A stretch of 64,000 bases of DNA from assembly GCA_965218435.1 (NCBI GenBank), contig CBDCKW010000009.1, positions 32,001-96,000 on the forward strand, in the 5' to 3' direction. Of this stretch, positions 29,344 to 38,769 are shown piece by piece (the stretch's first letter is position 1; every line of letters starts with the position of its first letter). Source of the stretch: Truepera sp. (lineage in GTDB: Bacteria > Deinococcota > Deinococci > Deinococcales > Trueperaceae). The notes beneath the pieces were generated by a model. It saw only the letters and a list, made by a program, of their open reading frames with translations, was not told the DNA's origin and made no database searches. A program made the translations under genes and the position numbers.

Positions 29344-31461
29344 GTGGCAATTGAAGGTGAGATGACCTATTCGTTTGATGTTTTTGATACCTGTATCGTC
29401 CGAACCTGTGCGCGGCCCGCTGACCTCTTTTACCTACTTGCTGATGATTTACTCCGGCATAGCGGGCAGCCCTACGGCCGCGAAGAGGTCGGTGAACTCG
29501 CCTCGCTGCGCGTTTCAGCAGAGAAGCGGGCACATAAAACGGCCAAAGACGGGGGGCGGGCAGACATCACGCTCGCTGACATTTATCACGAGTTAGACCT
29601 CGAGGGTTGGGAGTTTTCAGCGCCAGAGATGAGAGACGCTGAGGTGAGGCTCGAGCTCGCCGCCATGCGCCCGGTGGTGCCGATTCGTCAACGCATCAAA
29701 GCGTTACAACGGGCCGGTGAACGCGTTTTGTTCGTCTCAGATATGTATCTGCCGCATGAGGTGGTGCGGGAGATGCTCGTGCGCTGCGGCTACTGTGTGC
29801 CGGACGGCACGCTCTACGTGTCGAACGAAGTGGGCGCGACCAAACGCGCGGGGAGTTTATTTCGTCACGTGCTCGAAAAAGAAAACTTAACTGCCCGTGA
29901 CCTGACGCACTGCGGCGACGGGGTAGAGAGCGACTTTTTGGGGGCGCGTAAAGCGGGGGTGCGGACCGAACTCTTTACCGGCACCCAGCTCAACCGTCTT
30001 GAACGGGCGATGCTCACCGTGCCGAGCCGGTCGCCGTGGGTGACTTCACAGCTCGCCGGGATTTCGCGAGTGACGCGTTTAAGCGTCCATGAAGATGCCA
30101 GCGATGTGCTCGCTGGGGGTGTCGAGATCGCCTCGAGCGTCGTCGCGCCGCTCTTGGTCGGGTTTGTGTCGTGGGTGTTGCAAGACGCCAAAGCGCAGGG
30201 GCTAGAACGACTTTATTTTGTCGCCCGTGACGGTCAGGTATTGCACAAGATTGCCCAAGCACTCAAACCTGAACTCGAGGTACGTTACCTCTACGGTTCC
30301 CGGCAGGCGTGGTACATCCCTTCGGCGTTTACGGTCAGCCGCGTAGAACTCGAGTTTGTCCTCATGACCGGGCAGTCGTCCGCGCCGCGCCACAACCTCA
30401 AACGGGTGAACCTCATGCCGGAGGCGCTTAGCGGCCCCTTAAAGAAGCACGGCTTTCCCGAAGGGACGTGGGACACGCAGCTTTCGGGTGAAGCCGCCGA
30501 GCGGTTCTGGGCATTTTTGGAAGACCCTGAGGTCGCGCCGCAGGTGCTGGCGCAGGCAGAACAGGCTAGGGAGGCGGCTGTAGCCTACTTTGAGCAAGAA
30601 GGTCTCTTAAAAGACGACCGTTGGGCGCTCGTTGACGTGGGTTGGACGCTCCGCACGCAAGGGTCGCTGCACAAGATTTTGGCCTCGGCGGGGCAACCGC
30701 ACACGCTCGGCTACTACTTAGGCATCTCCAGAACGCGCTTCTCGTCACGTGCCTATGGTCAAGGACGGGCTTACCTGTTAGAAGAGGCCGAGAATGAAGC
30801 ACTGGCCCCGGTTCGCACGCTGTTTGAAAATAAAGGGCTGATTGACCAGGTGTTTACGATGGCCGACCACGGCAGTACGGGCCGTTATGCTCGTGTCAAT
30901 GGCAAGATGGAACCGGTGCTCTCTAAATTGCCGCAGCACCCTAAACGCGAGGCATTTTTGCGTACCGTCCATGAACTGGTGACCCGGTTCGCTGAAGAAC
31001 TGGCGCAGAGTCCGGCCAAAGACGCCGAACCCGAACTCCGGGCCTGTGCGCGGCTGGTGACCGGGATGTTGATTGCGCAGCCGACCCGGGCCGAAGCGCG
31101 GGCGCTCGCCTGGGCACCCATCAGCGACGACCCCAACGAACTCCGGGCCGCTCCGCTCGCTAAACCGCTCTCCGCCGGTGACCTGTTCGGGATTGGGCGG
31201 GATGTGGTAGGGCGGGTAAGGAAACTCCGCTCGACACGTTCTGAAACAGCTGAAAATAAAACCGTCCCGCCGCTCTTTTATAAGGATTTGTCGTGGGGTT
31301 TTTCGTGGCTCGAGGGCTCGGTCGCCCTTTCGGGTCCGCTCGCTAAACTCGCCTTGCAGGGGTTTCGGACGTTGCAGTACGTCAACCGTGAGAAAAAGGT
31401 GCTCGCTGCTAAACCCGTCACCGTGTGGCAACGCCTGAGACGGCTGGGGCGGCACTGGTGA
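29344..31461 (+). CDS. large HAD-family hydrolase of the polysaccharide-locus type
   Basis: SFDVFDT, SDMYL, H.GD...SD, FVARDG, VDVGW; start may be ATG 29362. Confidence 0.82.
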   Translation: MAIEGEMTYSFDVFDTCIVRTCARPADLFYLLADDLLRHSGQPYGREEVGELASLRVSAEKRAHKTAKDGGRADITLADIYHELDLEGWEFSAPEMRDAEVRLELAAMRPVVPIRQRIKALQRAGERVLFVSDMYLPHEVVREMLVRCGYCVPDGTLYVSNEVGATKRAGSLFRHVLEKENLTARDLTHCGDGVESDFLGARKAGVRTELFTGTQLNRLERAMLTVPSRSPWVTSQLAGISRVTRLSVHEDASDVLAGGVEIASSVVAPLLVGFVSWVLQDAKAQGLERLYFVARDGQVLHKIAQALKPELEVRYLYGSRQAWYIPSAFTVSRVELEFVLMTGQSSAPRHNLKRVNLMPEALSGPLKKHGFPEGTWDTQLSGEAAERFWAFLEDPEVAPQVLAQAEQAREAAVAYFEQEGLLKDDRWALVDVGWTLRTQGSLHKILASAGQPHTLGYYLGISRTRFSSRAYGQGRAYLLEEAENEALAPVRTLFENKGLIDQVFTMADHGSTGRYARVNGKMEPVLSKLPQHPKREAFLRTVHELVTRFAEELAQSPAKDAEPELRACARLVTGMLIAQPTRAEARALAWAPISDDPNELRAAPLAKPLSAGDLFGIGRDVVGRVRKLRSTRSETAENKTVPPLFYKDLSWGFSWLEGSVALSGPLAKLALQGFRTLQYVNREKKVLAAKPVTVWQRLRRLGRHW

Positions 31462-31468
31462 TTAAGCT

Positions 31469-32569
31469 GTGACGAAACGCGTGCTCTTTCTCTTGATGGG
31501 GCTGTACCAAAACGGCGCGGTCCTGAGCACCCTGACGACGATGCGTTACCTCGACCGGACGAAGTACACGCCGGAGCTGTTTGTGTTGGAGCCCGGTGAA
31601 GCGTGGCCGGAGCTGCTGGAAGGTACCCCGGTGACCTATGGCCTAAAGCTGGGTGAATCGGTTAGGACGCGTGCGCCGCAGGTTTTGGTACGGCTCTGGC
31701 ACGCGCTGCGGCGCTCGGACATTTTGGTCGGCGGTTTAGAGATGACCCCAACCTTTCTAGCGGTAATGCTCGGTAAGCTGACGGGCAAACCGTCGGTGGG
31801 CTTCGTTCGTAACTCGCTGCCCGAACTCTTAGAAAGCTTGCCGAACCGCTACCTGACACTTACGAAACGCTTCTATCCGGAGCTGGCCCGAGTGGTAGCG
31901 ATCTCGAGCGGCATTCAAACGAGTGTCGAAAAGCTCGTTCCCACACTTAAAGGGCGGGTGCGAACCGTTTATATTCCCCTCGAGCTGGACAAGGTAAAAC
32001 AGCGTGCTTTAGAGAGGCTGCCGGAAACTGCGCCTAAAGAACCGTACCTCGTGGCGGTCGGGCGGCTCGAGCCGCAAAAAGGGTTTGACCTGCTGTTACG
32101 TGCCTACGCGGACTTGCGCACGCGCGGTGTAAGTGAGCCGCTTGTTATCGTCGGTGAAGGTAGAGACAAAAAGATGTTGCGAGAGCTGGCCCAAACTTTA
32201 GGGGTGAGCGAGCACGTCGTTTTTGCTGGGTTTCAGGCGAATCCGTACCCGTGGCTGGCCGGGGCTGAGGTGTTCGTCTCGAGTTCACGGTTTGAGGGGT
32301 TTTGCCGGGTGATTGCCGAGGCGCTCGCCGTCGGGACACCGGTTGTCTCGACCGATTGCCCGAGCGGGCCTGCCGAGGTGTTGGAAAACGGCGAAGCGGG
32401 CGTTCTCGTCCCCAATGAAGATATATCCGCCCTGGCTGACAGCATCTATCAGCTGCTGCACGACAGGGCGTTAAGGGACAAATTACGTGCTTACGGGCCG
32501 GTAAGGGCCGAAGCGTTCTCCCCGGCCGCTACGGTGCGGGCGTTTGAGGATGTTTTAAGTGAGCTATAA
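31469..32569 (+). CDS. glycosyltransferase family 4
   Basis: GRLEPQKG, SRFEGF...AEA, DCPSGP. Confidence 0.93.
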   Translation: MTKRVLFLLMGLYQNGAVLSTLTTMRYLDRTKYTPELFVLEPGEAWPELLEGTPVTYGLKLGESVRTRAPQVLVRLWHALRRSDILVGGLEMTPTFLAVMLGKLTGKPSVGFVRNSLPELLESLPNRYLTLTKRFYPELARVVAISSGIQTSVEKLVPTLKGRVRTVYIPLELDKVKQRALERLPETAPKEPYLVAVGRLEPQKGFDLLLRAYADLRTRGVSEPLVIVGEGRDKKMLRELAQTLGVSEHVVFAGFQANPYPWLAGAEVFVSSSRFEGFCRVIAEALAVGTPVVSTDCPSGPAEVLENGEAGVLVPNEDISALADSIYQLLHDRALRDKLRAYGPVRAEAFSPAATVRAFEDVLSEL

Positions 32570-32659
32570 AGCAGAGTTTTTGGGCGCAGAACTTACAAGC
32601 AAGGTGCGGCAACGTTTTCTTCAGCGTTTTTTTATAAGTAAGACAACTAGGAGAGACCA

Positions 32660-33622
32660 ATGAACGTTCTCGTTACCAGTGCAGGTAGGCGGGTCTCGCT
32701 CGTCCAGGCGTTTGCCAAAGCCGCAGAAGCACGTGGTGGGCAGGTTTTTGCCGGTGATGCGAGCGGTCTGGCCCCAGCACTTTACAAAGCGGACGGTGCG
32801 TTTCGGCTGCCGCCGGTCAAAAGTGAAGCGTATATTCCCGACCTGCTCTCGCTCGTCCGGGCGCATGATATCAGTCTGATCGTGCCGACGATTGACACCG
32901 AGTTAGAGGTGTTGGCGGATAACATTCAGACGTTTGCTGAGGTGGGCTGCCGGGTGCTCGTCTCGAGCCCTGCCTTTGTTGCCCTGAGCGGCGATAAATG
33001 GCTGACGCAGCGGGCGTTTGCGGCGCACGGCGTAGACGTGCCGCAAGGATGGACAGTGGACGAACTAGCAGGGGCTGCGCTACCCAAACAGCTTTTTATC
33101 AAGCCACGCGATGGGTCCTCGAGCCGGGATATCTACCGCGCCACGCCTGAAACCCTGACGAGCGTTCTGGCCCGTGTCCCCAACGCGATTGTGCAAGAAG
33201 AGTTGACCGGCCCCGAAATCACGATTGACGCCCTCATAGATCTTGACGGCAAGCCGCTTCACTACGTCCCGCGCATCCGCATCCGCACGCTCGCGGGCGA
33301 GTCCATCCAGGGTGTCACCATTGCCGATGATGACCTTCGGGGTTGGTTGACGCGGCTTTTAGGCGTCGCGGCCGAGCTTGGCGCACGCGGCCCCATCACC
33401 TTGCAGGCGTTTTTAACGGCGCGTGGTCCGGTTTTGATTGAGGTCAATCCGCGTTTTGGCGGCGGCTTTCCGCTCGCCTACGCTGCAGGTGGCCATTATC
33501 CGGACTGGCTGTTGGCGCTGCTTAGCGGTGAAGCCCTCGAGCCCCGCCTCGGCGCGTATACGGTTGGGCTTTATATGACCCGTTACAACGTCGAGCACTT
33601 TACCACCGAGCCGCTCTGGTGA
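32660..33622 (+). CDS. ATP-grasp domain protein (polysaccharide-locus type)
   Basis: TSAGRRV, DKW, KPRDGSSS, EVNPRFGGG. Confidence 0.88.
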   Translation: MNVLVTSAGRRVSLVQAFAKAAEARGGQVFAGDASGLAPALYKADGAFRLPPVKSEAYIPDLLSLVRAHDISLIVPTIDTELEVLADNIQTFAEVGCRVLVSSPAFVALSGDKWLTQRAFAAHGVDVPQGWTVDELAGAALPKQLFIKPRDGSSSRDIYRATPETLTSVLARVPNAIVQEELTGPEITIDALIDLDGKPLHYVPRIRIRTLAGESIQGVTIADDDLRGWLTRLLGVAAELGARGPITLQAFLTARGPVLIEVNPRFGGGFPLAYAAGGHYPDWLLALLSGEALEPRLGAYTVGLYMTRYNVEHFTTEPLW

Positions 33623-34314
33623 ACCGAGCTAAACCCGAGCTGGGCGTCGTCTTTGACCTTGACGACACGCTCTATTTGGAGCGCGACTATGTGCGGAGCG
33701 GTTTTCGAGCCGTCGCTGAAACGGCTGCGCAAGGTACAAGCGTCTGTTCAGAGGAAGCGTTCAGCTTTTTGTGGAATGAGTTTACGGCGGGGGTGCGGGG
33801 CTCGAGCTTTGACGCCCTGCTCACGCGTTACCCGGAACTCGCCCAACAGGTAGACGTACCGGCGCTCGTCCGCTGCTACCGCGAGCACGCACCTGACATC
33901 ACCTACTTGCCCGGTATGAGAGAGCTGTTAGAAGAACTCAAAGCAGGTGTGCCGCTCGCTGTTATTTCAGACGGGCCGCTTGTCAGCCAAGCCGCGAAAG
34001 CCAAAGCCCTCAACGTCTCCCTTTACGCTGACCCGGTAGTCCTGACCGACGCTTGGGGACAGGATTTTTGGAAACCGCACGTGCGCGCGTTCGAGCACGT
34101 TGCGGCGGCGTTCGGCCTCCCGCCTGAACAGCTCGTCTATATCGGGGATAACCCTACCAAAGACTTTCACGCGCCGACCGCGCTCGGCTGGCGGAGCGTA
34201 CGTTTACGGCTCCCAGGACAGGTTCGTGAGGCGCTGCCGCACGACGAGACGCCGCCGACCAAAGAAGTTGGGTCGGTTGCCGCTTTACGCAGCTATCTGC
34301 TGGACTTACTTTAG
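33619..34314 (+). CDS. HAD family hydrolase
   Basis: FDLDDTLY, KP, YIGDNPTKDF. Confidence 0.92.
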   Translation: MNRAKPELGVVFDLDDTLYLERDYVRSGFRAVAETAAQGTSVCSEEAFSFLWNEFTAGVRGSSFDALLTRYPELAQQVDVPALVRCYREHAPDITYLPGMRELLEELKAGVPLAVISDGPLVSQAAKAKALNVSLYADPVVLTDAWGQDFWKPHVRAFEHVAAAFGLPPEQLVYIGDNPTKDFHAPTALGWRSVRLRLPGQVREALPHDETPPTKEVGSVAALRSYLLDLL

Positions 34315-34646
34315 AGTTCGCGCAAATCTTCCATCAGCTGCCAGCCGACGCCGGGGGGAGTGGTCTCGAGCTTCTCTTGCAACACTTCGGCCAGCCACGG
34401 CGTGATACCTTCAGGGTTTTCACTCGAGCGCGTCAGCGCCGTAAACTGAAAGATGTGCTGCGTCGCGGCGAGCGTCCCGTCGTCAAAAAAGGCAAACGGT
34501 GGCCGCACCTCGTCCCAGAGCAGATGAACCTCGTTTCCCAGCGTCCGGGGCAAGTAGTCTGCCAGGTCAATGTCAGCATCTTTCGGATACCAGATGTAGC
34601 CTTGTAAAAGTCGAACGGGCCCCCTTTTGTCTTCAGCCTCGTTCAC
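34311..34646 (-). CDS. DUF3208-like Deinococcota protein
   Basis: RLLQGYIW, LLWDE..PPFAFF.DGT, P.GVGW. Confidence 0.7.
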   Translation of the reverse strand: MNEAEDKRGPVRLLQGYIWYPKDADIDLADYLPRTLGNEVHLLWDEVRPPFAFFDDGTLAATQHIFQFTALTRSSENPEGITPWLAEVLQEKLETTPPGVGWQLMEDLREL

Positions 34647-35251
34647 GGTAAAGGCAGGTCGGGTAAAAGGTTTTGCCAGCCAGCAGCAAAGCCGTCGTAG
34701 GACGTAAGCAGCAACCCTTTGTACCCGAGCGCCTCACACGCCGCGATATTGTCAGGATTATCGTCAACAAAGACCGTTTCTTCCGGGGGACGCCCAAGCA
34801 CCGCCGAGAGCGCGGCAAAGGCCCTGGGGTCGGGTTTACGGACCTCGAGCTCGTTGGAAAAAACGAAGTGCTCAACCCTTGCCAGCCGTGGGTCGTCTCT
34901 TACCTGGTCACAAAGCACCGGAACGTTATTCGACAACATGCCGACGGTATAGCGTTCGGGGATGCTCCTGAGCAGGTCATACATCTTTTGCCGGTCACGT
35001 ACTGAACCCAAAAATGTCGCTTGAAACTCTTCTGCTCCCAAAGAGACGCCGGTCTCTCCCAGAAAACGTGCAGTAAAGGTCTTAAAGTCGAATGCGCCTG
35101 CCTCGAAGTGCTCCATCAGCGGAAAGTAAACTCTAGCGATGTCGGCTTCGGCGGTATGAGTACGCGCAGCTAGGTTGCGGACAGCTGAAGAGTCAAAGGT
35201 GCCTTCAGTAAAAATGCCGCCCCAATCGAAGGCGATAGCGGAGATGGTCAT
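34643..35251 (-). CDS. HAD family phosphatase
   Basis: FDWGG, LSN, KPD, FVDD...N. Confidence 0.88.
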   Translation of the reverse strand: MTISAIAFDWGGIFTEGTFDSSAVRNLAARTHTAEADIARVYFPLMEHFEAGAFDFKTFTARFLGETGVSLGAEEFQATFLGSVRDRQKMYDLLRSIPERYTVGMLSNNVPVLCDQVRDDPRLARVEHFVFSNELEVRKPDPRAFAALSAVLGRPPEETVFVDDNPDNIAACEALGYKGLLLTSYDGFAAGWQNLLPDLPLP

Positions 35252-35299
35252 CCTTCAAAATACCCCATGAAGGTCTGGGGCGTGGCCTGACTGAGTTAG

Positions 35300-35986
35300 T
35301 TAGAGCGTCACGCTCTCTAAAATGAACTGTGTACCTTCTCGTCTAATCTCCATCGCAAAGTCAAACTGGTCAATTTTGAGCGCACACCCCAAGTCCGCAA
35401 GCGGAAACGCGCTGAGGTTGTCGTCAAGAAACTTGCGGCTGGCTGGTGCTTAATAAACTCGCTCGGTAACCTCAGCACAATTTACCGGGTGGTTTAATAT
35501 CAAAGTTTCTAAGAGGTCACCACAAACAGTATCTTCAACACCGTGCCCTAATCCGTTTACGCCCGTTTCGACGAGGCACAACTCGTCTACCTCAAACCGG
35601 TTTAGGTACTCGACTGTAGCACTGGCATTGCCTAGACCTGTGACCAAAATGCGCTTGGCGTGGCGCGACCTGACGACACCTTGTGTCCCTGCCGAGGTCC
35701 TTTGAACGAGCGTTAAACCATGCAGGTCTTTACCTATCAACTCGGAAGGAGAGTTGGAAAAATCAAAACCCTCAATGGGTAGGCCGCCTGTTTCTCCAAG
35801 TAAAAGAAGGTCAGGGTTTTTTAGCTTAAGCGCAAAAGCTTTTTCGACCTTTGAGACTAAGATAATCTTCTTGGCACCCGCTGCAAACGCATAAGCAGCG
35901 GTGGTGAACGCTCTTAAAACGTCAATAACGACAACCGTGCCTGTCGCTGAGGCGCAAGTCTCGAGGGTTGCCCGGCTAATTTTCAC
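35300..35986 (-). pseudogene. comB: 2-phosphosulfolactate phosphatase (ComB family) with an internal stop
   Basis: IDVLRAFTT, GE..G, NSP, T.AGT; TAA at 35450-35452 followed by 49 in-frame ComB-like codons to a stop at 35300. Confidence 0.8.
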
Positions 35987-36027
35987 AACTAATTTTCGCA
36001 AAGGTTCAGCTGTCAAAAAGCTGACCG

Positions 36028-36825
36028 CTAGGCTCGAGCCCGCCTGCGGTAGCGTGCTCCGCTCTCTTTTTTGTACCACTCAAAAAAGATCACGATAAAA
36101 GGGAGCCCGAAGGCGACGAGTCCACCTAGCTTCATCAGCGCCCCGCCCATCGTCTGATCCATCCGTGCGTCGCCAAACAAAACATGAGGGGAGTTCGCGT
36201 AGGTCGGGTAGAGCGAATGGTCGGCAAAGGTTACGGCGGCAAAAACCGGCAGCTGTGCGATAGGGAGTAAAAAGAGGTACACGAGCGCCCCGGCATATGG
36301 AAGTCTCGGCAACTCAGGCAGTGGGCTTAAGAGCGGCCACCACAGCAGCAGCGCAGTCAAGAGAAACAAGACGTGTTCGGTGTGGTGGACAAAAGAATGG
36401 GTCAGCGCACCCTCATAGATCACCGGCAGATGCCAGAGTGAAAAAAAGAGGCTGAAAACCACAAACGCTATAACCGGTCGCGTCAGGACTTTAACCACAG
36501 GTTTAATGTGGGGTTGCAGCAAAACCGGGCGTAACAGCCAAGCGGGAAGACCGCGTAGGAGCAAAATCGGCACCACGTAGGCGAGTAGCATGTGCTGCAG
36601 CATATGGGCGCTAAACGAATACAGCTCGGAGAGGTCGTGCAAGGGTGAGCCGTCGGTAAGGTAAAGCAGCACAATCGCACCGTAAAAATAGCACGCTTGA
36701 CGACGCGGAAACGCCGTACCCGGCGCGTAACGGGTGCGGAGCGGACCGGTCAGCAAAAAATACACGAGCGCCAGCGTGACGAGTCCACCGATGAGCACGG
36801 GGTCGAGCAGCCAGCGCCCGGTCAT
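36028..36825 (-). CDS. ctaG: caa3-type oxidase assembly factor
   Basis: FSAHMLQH, WHLP, H.TEH, DQ..GG..MK. Confidence 0.88.
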   Translation of the reverse strand: MTGRWLLDPVLIGGLVTLALVYFLLTGPLRTRYAPGTAFPRRQACYFYGAIVLLYLTDGSPLHDLSELYSFSAHMLQHMLLAYVVPILLLRGLPAWLLRPVLLQPHIKPVVKVLTRPVIAFVVFSLFFSLWHLPVIYEGALTHSFVHHTEHVLFLLTALLLWWPLLSPLPELPRLPYAGALVYLFLLPIAQLPVFAAVTFADHSLYPTYANSPHVLFGDARMDQTMGGALMKLGGLVAFGLPFIVIFFEWYKKESGARYRRRARA

Positions 36826-37985
36826 TACTTTAAGTTCAAGGTCTGCCGGAGTTGGTAAACCTGTTGCGAGCTAAGGTTATCCGCACGTTGTGATTTGATG
36901 CCGTCAGCGGTAAAAGCCGGATAATCGGCGGGCATCGCGTCGGCGTTGCCCCAAGTGCTGAGGACATAGTCGAGGACGTTGGCAATGTCATCGTCTGAAA
37001 GTTGTGACCACGCAGGCATCACACCGTTATAGGTTTGACCTGAAACGTTGATCTCGCCCTGCAAGCCGTAGAGCAAAAGCTTTTCCATGTACTCGTGGCC
37101 ACCTTGGGCGTTGGCCACCTCGGGCGCGTGACCGACGAGCGGCGGAAACGCACCAGCGACGCCTTTGCCGGTCGTCTGGTGGCAGGTAGCGCAGTTGCCG
37201 GTAAAAATCTTTTCACCCGCGCTGGTATCGGCGTCGGCTAGGAGCGGACCGCCGACGTTACCACTTGCAGCGGGGGTGGCGGTCTTCGTATTGGCTTGGG
37301 TACTCGCCTGCGTGGGTTGGTTCGCGGCTTGTTGCGCTGCCGGTTGTTGGGCAAAGGGATTGGGTAGAGTCACGGCGGCGGGCGGCGCAGCGAGCGGAAT
37401 CCCGCCCGCCGTTTTTTTGGCTTGATAGATTTGAGTTGCCGATATCTTTGCGGGGCCGCCACTCGCTTCGATACTCATCCCTGCCTGAAGCTGATCTTGT
37501 GGCGTGAGGTTAAGTACCTGAACGTCGAGCGTCTTCGGGGCCGGGTACTCAGAACGGTGTGCGAGCGACGGTTCATTGCCGGTATCGTGTTCTTCAGTCT
37601 GTTGTTGCAGCTCTCCTTGCGGGGTTTGGGCCGCTGCCACACTCCGCACGGTAAAGAGCGCAGAAAGGGCGAGCAGCGTGCCGGTGGCAATCACCATGCC
37701 GGAGGTAAAAAAGCCGGTGAAGGTGCGGTCGTCTTGTTTCAAATGCATAAAAAACATTACCACCATGACAAACTTGACAACTGAAAGGCCGATTAACAAT
37801 GCGAGGATTGCGCCGCTACTAAGACTTGCAAACCAGGTATGTTGATGCGCGACGAGTGCGAATTCAACATAGGTAATCGCGCCTAAAACGAGTGCGATAA
37901 AGACGTAGAACAGGACGCTCGAGCCCTCATGCTTGTTGTGCGCGTCATCGTGCTGAGCTTGATCGTTTTCGGTATTTTTGGCCAT
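36825..37985 (-). CDS. cytochrome c oxidase subunit IV fused to a c552-like cytochrome c
   Basis: KF..V..FFMHL subunit IV motif with 3 TMs; Q/A/P-rich linker; CATCH and GVM heme c domain. Confidence 0.85.
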   Translation of the reverse strand: MAKNTENDQAQHDDAHNKHEGSSVLFYVFIALVLGAITYVEFALVAHQHTWFASLSSGAILALLIGLSVVKFVMVVMFFMHLKQDDRTFTGFFTSGMVIATGTLLALSALFTVRSVAAAQTPQGELQQQTEEHDTGNEPSLAHRSEYPAPKTLDVQVLNLTPQDQLQAGMSIEASGGPAKISATQIYQAKKTAGGIPLAAPPAAVTLPNPFAQQPAAQQAANQPTQASTQANTKTATPAASGNVGGPLLADADTSAGEKIFTGNCATCHQTTGKGVAGAFPPLVGHAPEVANAQGGHEYMEKLLLYGLQGEINVSGQTYNGVMPAWSQLSDDDIANVLDYVLSTWGNADAMPADYPAFTADGIKSQRADNLSSQQVYQLRQTLNLK

Positions 37986-38124
37986 AAAACTTAGCTGTAA
38001 CTCCTAGTTCTCAAGATAACGCAAGTATCCGCTCGGAATGTGGGTGATAAGCCGATGAAACCTCTGCTAAGGGCGTTTCCGACCAGCTCCGAACGAAGTG
38101 AGACAGACTTTGACACCTGCTATC

Positions 38125-38769
38125 CTAGATAAATTCGGTCAGATATACGGCCGTAAAAATCACGATCCAAACGATGTCAACGAAGTGCCAGTAGAGTCCG
38201 GCAATTTCTAAACTCAGGGCGTCGCGTTCAGTCATCGGGCGCACGTAAGACAAGATCAGTAGCGACAGCAGCCAGAGCACCCCGACGGTAACGTGAACGC
38301 CGTGCGTCCCGGTCAGCGTAAAGAAGGTGCTACCGAACAGATTTTGCTGCAGCGTTAAACCTTCGTGGACAAAGTGGCGGAACTCGTAGACCTGAAACCC
38401 TAAAAAAATCGCACCGAAAAATGCGACCCCGAACGTCCACAAGCGAAATTGCGGGATGTCACCCAAGCGAATAGCGTGAAGGGCTAAAACCATCAAAAAG
38501 CTCGACATCAAGAGGACAAAGGTGCTTAAGGTCGTGAGCGGAATGTCGAGCACCTCGGTAGGGAAGGGTCCGACCAGGCTACGCCCCTCGTAGACTAAAT
38601 AGGTGCCGATCAGCGCCGCAAAAAACATACAATCGGACGCCAAAAAGAGCCACATCAACAGTTTGCGGTCGGCCAGCGGGGTGCTGCGGTGTTCGGCGTG
38701 ATCGTCGCCCGGTGCCTGTATAGGTGCTTGCGTGGACGCCTGTGGTTGAGTCTGTGCCCGACTACTCAT
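38125..38769 (-). CDS. ctaE: cytochrome c oxidase subunit III (short form)
   Basis: WLFLASD, LTGTHGVHV, LYWHFVD. Confidence 0.92.
   Translation of the reverse strand: MSSRAQTQPQASTQAPIQAPGDDHAEHRSTPLADRKLLMWLFLASDCMFFAALIGTYLVYEGRSLVGPFPTEVLDIPLTTLSTFVLLMSSFLMVLALHAIRLGDIPQFRLWTFGVAFFGAIFLGFQVYEFRHFVHEGLTLQQNLFGSTFFTLTGTHGVHVTVGVLWLLSLLILSYVRPMTERDALSLEIAGLYWHFVDIVWIVIFTAVYLTEFI

Noticed and set aside
38040..38095. CCGATGA...GAAAC resembling a hammerhead ribozyme core
   Set aside because: Core mismatch, and the stem order does not fit hammerhead topology
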